DNA of 20,425 nucleotides from the NCBI GenBank assembly GCA_034661055.1, contig JAYEKO010000027.1:1-20425 (forward strand), in the 5' to 3' direction. Both the position numbers and the translations under genes were made by a program. This document shows positions 16,047 to 20,425 of the stretch, in pieces. Numbering within the stretch: the stretch's first letter is position 1; each line of letters starts with the position of its first letter. The notes under the pieces were generated by a model. It worked only from the letters and a program-made list of their open reading frames with translations, had not been told where the DNA came from and made no database searches. This DNA is from Campylobacterota bacterium. GTDB taxonomy: Bacteria; Campylobacterota; Campylobacteria; Campylobacterales; Sulfurimonadaceae.

Positions 16047-18560
16047 CTATTTATGCTCCTGAGTTAACATGGTTATAATTTGTGCAGTATTATCGCACAT
16101 AGTAGTTGTTTTTTCTATTAAAAAATGGTCTTTAGCCTTATGTTTAGTGGTATGAATTTTTGCAGTTGCAATATTAATGTTCTCATCATCAAAACATTTT
16201 ACAATATAGGCAAGAAGACCTCTTTGATTGGCTGTTTTAACATTTAGTTGCGCATAGGTAAGCGAATGATTACAATCTAACGTAATTTCATCAGCATGTA
16301 TTATGGGTTTCTTAATAGTCGTTTTTTTACTCATATCAAAAGAGTCATCAATTATCTGTTTAATATGCTCAATAGTATCACTGTCTGGTTGATTTAAAAA
16401 TTCAATTTTAAAGTATTTTATCTCATCAAAAAGTGTGAAAACATCCATAGATGCAACATCAAGATGGCTTAATTGTCCAAGTAGGTAGCTAAGGTTTAGA
16501 GGTACTAAGCGCAGGATCTCAATGCTAAAACCATGGCTACTATTAATTCGATAGGTATAATCTTTTATTTCACGTGCTGTGGTGGCTATGCTCATAATCT
16601 CATCTGGAGAGTGTTTGAAAAAGAAAAGATTAGACTCTATTTTTAAAATCTTCTTCTGTAAGAGTTTTGGTAGTTCTTTGTATATTGCACTGTTTTTAAT
16701 ACGTTTTTCACTCTGTAGTCGTTTTGTTGCATCACTAATTCTATCACTCTGTTGTGAAATCTCTAATGCCGCATAATAGAGTTTTTTAAGAAGTTTTGAA
16801 CTAAACGTATTGTAAACACCAGGTCCAACACCATTAATATCTGCATAAGTGAGTATGTAAAGTAGCTGGAGGTTTGAAGCAGTTTTGATTTTTGACATAA
16901 ATTTATAGAGGGTTTTTTCACTATGCAGATCTTCATTATAAGCGACACTGCTCATTAAAATATGATGTTTAATAAGTAATGCAGCACTCTCTTGATGCAG
17001 TTCAGAGAATTTAAATTTTTTAAGTAGTGGCACAATAAGTTTAGCACCAACTTCTCCATGATCTTGTTTTCTTCCTTTTCCAGTATCATGAATGAGTGTT
17101 GTTATTTTTAAAACGGTCTGTTCTTCATGTGAAAGTTCATTATATAGTTTAGCAATAAGAGGCTCTTTGATATTCTCCAAGCTCTTAACTGAGTCAATAG
17201 AGTGAATATCTACCGGGTAGTGATGATAGCCGTCAAATTGAGGTAAATGAAGTACCTTTTTAAATGCAGATAGTAGCTCTTGCAGTATGCCAGCATTATA
17301 AAAGAGTTTTAAAAATGAGTAGGTATGTTTTTTCTCAAAAAGCTTTCTAAGGAGTGTATATGTCTTTACTCTTAGTGGACGTTTAATGGTGACATAGGTA
17401 AATTGTACTAAAAAGCTTGGATCAAACTGATATGCTTTGTCATCAAGTGAAACCAGAAGTTCAAGTAGTTGGTTTACTGTTTTGTTATTTGAATGAAATG
17501 TTGCATAAAGAGTATTGTCAATGAGGTAGTATCCTTTTTCAATACGTGATGCTTTTAACTCCTTAATTCTTCCTTGCCTAGAGAGATAAGATCGTAGCAT
17601 CTTGGTAATAAAAATTTGGGTAAAGTTGTTTATTCTCCAGAGTGTTTGTAAAACTTTTGTCGCAAGTTTCTGTGGATTTTTAAAACCGAGCATTTTAGAG
17701 ATTTGAGGTAGATGTTCAAGTAGTAGTTGGTCTTGTTGTTTACCTGCAATAAGATGAAGGGCACTTCGAACTCTAAAAAGTAACTCAAGTGAAATACGAT
17801 ACTCACGATACTCCTCTTCACTAAAAAGTTGACCAGTAAGATCTTTCGTATTGATAAAACCGTGAATAGTAGTCGCAATCCAAAAAAGTAGTTGAGAGTC
17901 TCGCAGGGCACCGACACTCTCTTTAATGTTTGGTTGCATGGAGATAGGGTATCTCTTTCTTCGTGTTCTTGCTTCTTCAATTTTAGCTAAAATGTAAGCT
18001 TTAGGATCAATAGAACGGACTTTGTTGAGTTCTCGTTGTGTTGCTCCCCAGGTAAATTGGGAACCAATAATAAGACGTGACTCCATTAAGGAGGTCCTAA
18101 TGGTGATATCTTCTTGAGCAGCTTTTGAGATATCAGAGACAACATGGACGCGATGCCCAAGTTTTAGACCTGCATCCCATGCCAAATAGAGTAGTTTTTC
18201 AATTATGAGATTAGTGTCATATCCATCCACTTCTTCGTAGGCTATCATAAGATCGATATCACTATGGACACAGAGCTGCTCACGCCCGTAGCTTCCAAGC
18301 GCAATAATGACAATGGGAATGGAGTTTCGCATGGGTAGGTAGTTACCAAAAGTTCGTCTAAGAATAGTTTTATACATTAAAATTATAATGCTATCAAGTG
18401 CTTTGGTATGCTTTACTAGAAAATCTTTACCTTGATTTTTTTCAAATACAACACCAAGAGATTCAGTGTACTCTTTAATATGTGATTTAAAAAGCTTTGA
18501 TATCTCAAAATCACTGGCATTTTTTTCTATTAGGTCTTCTATATATTCATCTATTTTCAT
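16047..18560 (-). CDS. glnD: GlnD-like [protein-PII] uridylyltransferase (NTase + HD + ACT)
   Basis: ALGSYGREQLCVHSDIDL, PNIKESVGALRD, QFDGYHHYPVDIHS, LIHDTGKG, and a C-terminal ACT-like NQRGLLAYI...AKIHT. Confidence 0.88.
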   Translation of the reverse strand: MKIDEYIEDLIEKNASDFEISKLFKSHIKEYTESLGVVFEKNQGKDFLVKHTKALDSIIILMYKTILRRTFGNYLPMRNSIPIVIIALGSYGREQLCVHSDIDLMIAYEEVDGYDTNLIIEKLLYLAWDAGLKLGHRVHVVSDISKAAQEDITIRTSLMESRLIIGSQFTWGATQRELNKVRSIDPKAYILAKIEEARTRRKRYPISMQPNIKESVGALRDSQLLFWIATTIHGFINTKDLTGQLFSEEEYREYRISLELLFRVRSALHLIAGKQQDQLLLEHLPQISKMLGFKNPQKLATKVLQTLWRINNFTQIFITKMLRSYLSRQGRIKELKASRIEKGYYLIDNTLYATFHSNNKTVNQLLELLVSLDDKAYQFDPSFLVQFTYVTIKRPLRVKTYTLLRKLFEKKHTYSFLKLFYNAGILQELLSAFKKVLHLPQFDGYHHYPVDIHSIDSVKSLENIKEPLIAKLYNELSHEEQTVLKITTLIHDTGKGRKQDHGEVGAKLIVPLLKKFKFSELHQESAALLIKHHILMSSVAYNEDLHSEKTLYKFMSKIKTASNLQLLYILTYADINGVGPGVYNTFSSKLLKKLYYAALEISQQSDRISDATKRLQSEKRIKNSAIYKELPKLLQKKILKIESNLFFFKHSPDEIMSIATTAREIKDYTYRINSSHGFSIEILRLVPLNLSYLLGQLSHLDVASMDVFTLFDEIKYFKIEFLNQPDSDTIEHIKQIIDDSFDMSKKTTIKKPIIHADEITLDCNHSLTYAQLNVKTANQRGLLAYIVKCFDDENINIATAKIHTTKHKAKDHFLIEKTTTMCDNTAQIITMLTQEHK

Positions 18561-18565
18561 AAGAT

Positions 18566-18589
18566 ATTATACTGATATTTCGCTATAAT
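18566..18589. promoter_or_regulatory. Divergent -10 elements for glnD (-) and mqnE (+)
   Basis: TATAAT on the minus strand at 18571-18566 and on the plus strand at 18584-18589, within a 52-bp intergenic region. Confidence 0.6.
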
Positions 18590-18612
18590 TGCCGCTCTTA
18601 TAAGGATAAAAA

Positions 18613-19674
18613 TTGAACATTATTGAAAAAATAAAATCAGGCAAGCGTATTAACTTTGATGAAGCACTTGCACTTTATGATTATGACCTCTTTGAATTAG
18701 GTGAACTAGCAGATTTAAAGCGTAAAGAACTGCATGGAAAAAAGAGTTATTTTAATATTAATCGTCATATCAATCCAACAAATATCTGTAAAGATGTATG
18801 TAAATTCTGTGCTTATTCAGCGAGTAGAAAAAATCCAAATCAATATACGATGACACATGAAGAGATAATGGCTATTGTAGATGATATTGTTAAGCGTGAC
18901 ATCAAAGAAGTACATATAGTTTCCGCGCATAATCCTGAGACAGGTTTGCAGTGGTATTTGGATATCTTTAAAAAAATTAAAAACTCTTATCCTAATTTAC
19001 ATGTAAAAGCATTGACTGCGGCTGAGGTTCATTTTTTATGCGAGGAGTATAATAAAAGTTATGATGAACTTTTAGACCTGATGGTAGAGAATGGCGTTGA
19101 CTCTATGCCTGGTGGCGGTGCTGAGATTTTTGATGAAGAGGTACGTGATTATATCTGTAAAGGTAAATTAACTTCATCACAATGGCTTGAAATTCATAAA
19201 AAGTGGCATGAGCGAGGAAAGGCTTCTAATGTAACGATGCTATTTGGTCATGTTGAAAAACGTAAAGATAGAGTCGATCACATGATACGAATACGGAATC
19301 TTCAAGACCAAACAGGTGGTTTTAATGCTTTCATTCCACTGGTGTATCAGAGTGAAAACAACTACCTAAATGTTAAAGAATTTATTACTGCACATGAAAT
19401 TCTAAAGACTATGGCTATAAGTAGAATTGTACTAGATAATGTAGCTAATTTAAAAGCTTACTGGGTGACATCAACAGTAAATCTTGCGCTAGTTGCTCAA
19501 GAGTTTGGTGCCAATGATTTGGATGGTACAATTGAAAAAGAGTCTATTAACTCTGCTGCAGGAGCAGCCAGTGCTCAAGGTGTTGATTTGGAGGAGTTTG
19601 TCAAACTTATTAAAAATAGTGGCTTTATTCCAGTTGAGCGAGACAGTGTCTATAATGAATTGAGAGTTTGGTAG
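18613..19674 (+). CDS. mqnE: Aminofutalosine synthase (radical SAM; futalosine menaquinone pathway)
   Basis: YFNINRHINPTNICKDVCKFC (CxxxCxxC), MPGGGAEIF, LKAYWV, FGANDLDGTIEKESI. TTG start after AAGGA. Confidence 0.93.
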   Translation: MNIIEKIKSGKRINFDEALALYDYDLFELGELADLKRKELHGKKSYFNINRHINPTNICKDVCKFCAYSASRKNPNQYTMTHEEIMAIVDDIVKRDIKEVHIVSAHNPETGLQWYLDIFKKIKNSYPNLHVKALTAAEVHFLCEEYNKSYDELLDLMVENGVDSMPGGGAEIFDEEVRDYICKGKLTSSQWLEIHKKWHERGKASNVTMLFGHVEKRKDRVDHMIRIRNLQDQTGGFNAFIPLVYQSENNYLNVKEFITAHEILKTMAISRIVLDNVANLKAYWVTSTVNLALVAQEFGANDLDGTIEKESINSAAGAASAQGVDLEEFVKLIKNSGFIPVERDSVYNELRVW

Positions 19675-19692
19675 ATTCTAAATAGTTTTCTG

Positions 19693-19701
19693 TGATATAA
19701 T
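19693..19701 (+). promoter_or_regulatory. Extended -10 promoter of the ComEA-family gene
   Basis: TGaTATAAT about 28 nt upstream of the ATG; SD AGGAG. Confidence 0.6.
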
Positions 19702-19729
19702 AATAAAATATTTTTACATAGGAGATAAA

Positions 19730-20002
19730 ATGTTTAAAAAGATAATAGTAATGCTTCTTTTGGTCGGGAGCTTAATGGCTTCAATAGACATTAATAAAGC
19801 AGGTAAAGCTGAGTTGATGAGTATTAGTGGTATTGGTGCAAAAAAGGCGGAAGCTATCATTAAACATCGAAAGAAGCACGGTAAGTTTAAATCTATTAAT
19901 GATCTTAAAAATGTTAAAGGTATTGGTGATTCAATTGTTGCTAATGTGAAAAACAATAAGAAAAATACAAAAAGCAAAAAAAGTAAGACCTCAAAAAAAT
20001 AG
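19730..20002 (+). CDS. comEA: ComEA-family periplasmic helix-hairpin-helix DNA-binding protein
   Basis: Signal peptide, IDINKA, ISGIGAKKAEAII, FKSINDLKNVKGIG, Lys-rich tail. Confidence 0.92.
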   Translation: MFKKIIVMLLLVGSLMASIDINKAGKAELMSISGIGAKKAEAIIKHRKKHGKFKSINDLKNVKGIGDSIVANVKNNKKNTKSKKSKTSKK

Positions 20003-20022
20003 ATAACTCACGTCTTAACAGT

Positions 20023-20041
20023 AGCCAGTGTTTAGCTGGCT
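20023..20041 (+). terminator. Possible terminator hairpin after comEA
   Basis: AGCCAG-tgtttag-CTGGCT, followed by only a weak T tract. Confidence 0.4.
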
Positions 20042-20118
20042 CATCTTTAAAAATTTAGTTAAAGAGTTTTTCATATAACATTGATTATAATCCCTCTCAT
20101 ATACTAAGGAATAATTTA

Positions 20119-20425
20119 ATGATTTTAATGATAGACAACTATGACAGTTTTACATACAATATTGTCCAATACTGCCTAGAGTTAGGCGCTGATTTAAAAG
20201 TAATCCGTAATGATGAATTAACAGTAGAAGAGATTGCGGCTTTAAATCCAGAAAAAATCATTATTTCTCCTGGCCCTGCCACTCCAAATGAAGCAGGTGT
20301 AAGTTTAGATGTTATTGACTACTTTCAAGATAAATTACCAATTTTAGGTATCTGTTTAGGGCATCAGAGTATTGCTCAGAGTTTTGGTGCGAACGTGATT
20401 AGAGCAAAAAATATGATGCACGGTA
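20119..20425 (+). CDS. Anthranilate/aminodeoxychorismate synthase component II (TrpG/PabA glutamine amidotransferase); continues beyond the window
   Basis: Not in the ORF track. [18 protein letters not shown]...IIISPGP...[12 protein letters not shown]...MMHG; SD AAGGA; TATAAT at 20086-20091. Confidence 0.95.
   Translation, partial: MILMIDNYDSFTYNIVQYCLELGADLKVIRNDELTVEEIAALNPEKIIISPGPATPNEAGVSLDVIDYFQDKLPILGICLGHQSIAQSFGANVIRAKNMMHG

Noticed and set aside
16047..16120. glmS ribozyme upstream of glmS
   Set aside because: There is no intergenic space; the upstream sequence is glnD coding region.

Overview
AT-rich chromosomal window from a Campylobacterota (Epsilonproteobacteria) genome, probably Sulfurimonas/Sulfurovum-like; this is inferred from gene content and order (ispDF-orphan response regulator-Sat-like-pgpA; glmS-glnD-mqnE). 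Most of it is housekeeping DNA: pgpA, a Sat-like gene, an HP1021/Cj1608-type regulator, ispDF, thiC, mrp, a diguanylate cyclase, glmS, glnD-like, mqnE, a ComEA-family gene and a partial glutamine amidotransferase. The left 5.8 kb is more accessory and holds four things. (1) A Fur/Zur-family gene diverges from a small His/CxxC leader protein ending in an RSPP (RAPP-like) motif; the last codons of that leader can base-pair with the Shine-Dalgarno of a downstream exported-protein gene. This is the best candidate for an undescribed system: metal-sensing ribosome-stalling attenuation. (2) An LPP20/FlgP-like lipoprotein with a sigma-54 promoter, and a small Cys-rich lipoprotein. (3) A PIN toxin-antitoxin pair lying between a transposase-like HTH remnant and GGGGTCA motifs. 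(4) An operon of TorD chaperone, polyferredoxin, a catalytically degenerate AroE-fold protein and a hypothetical protein, with no molybdoenzyme nearby. No rRNA, tRNA or CRISPR array was seen. All calls come from reading the sequence by eye; no searches were run.
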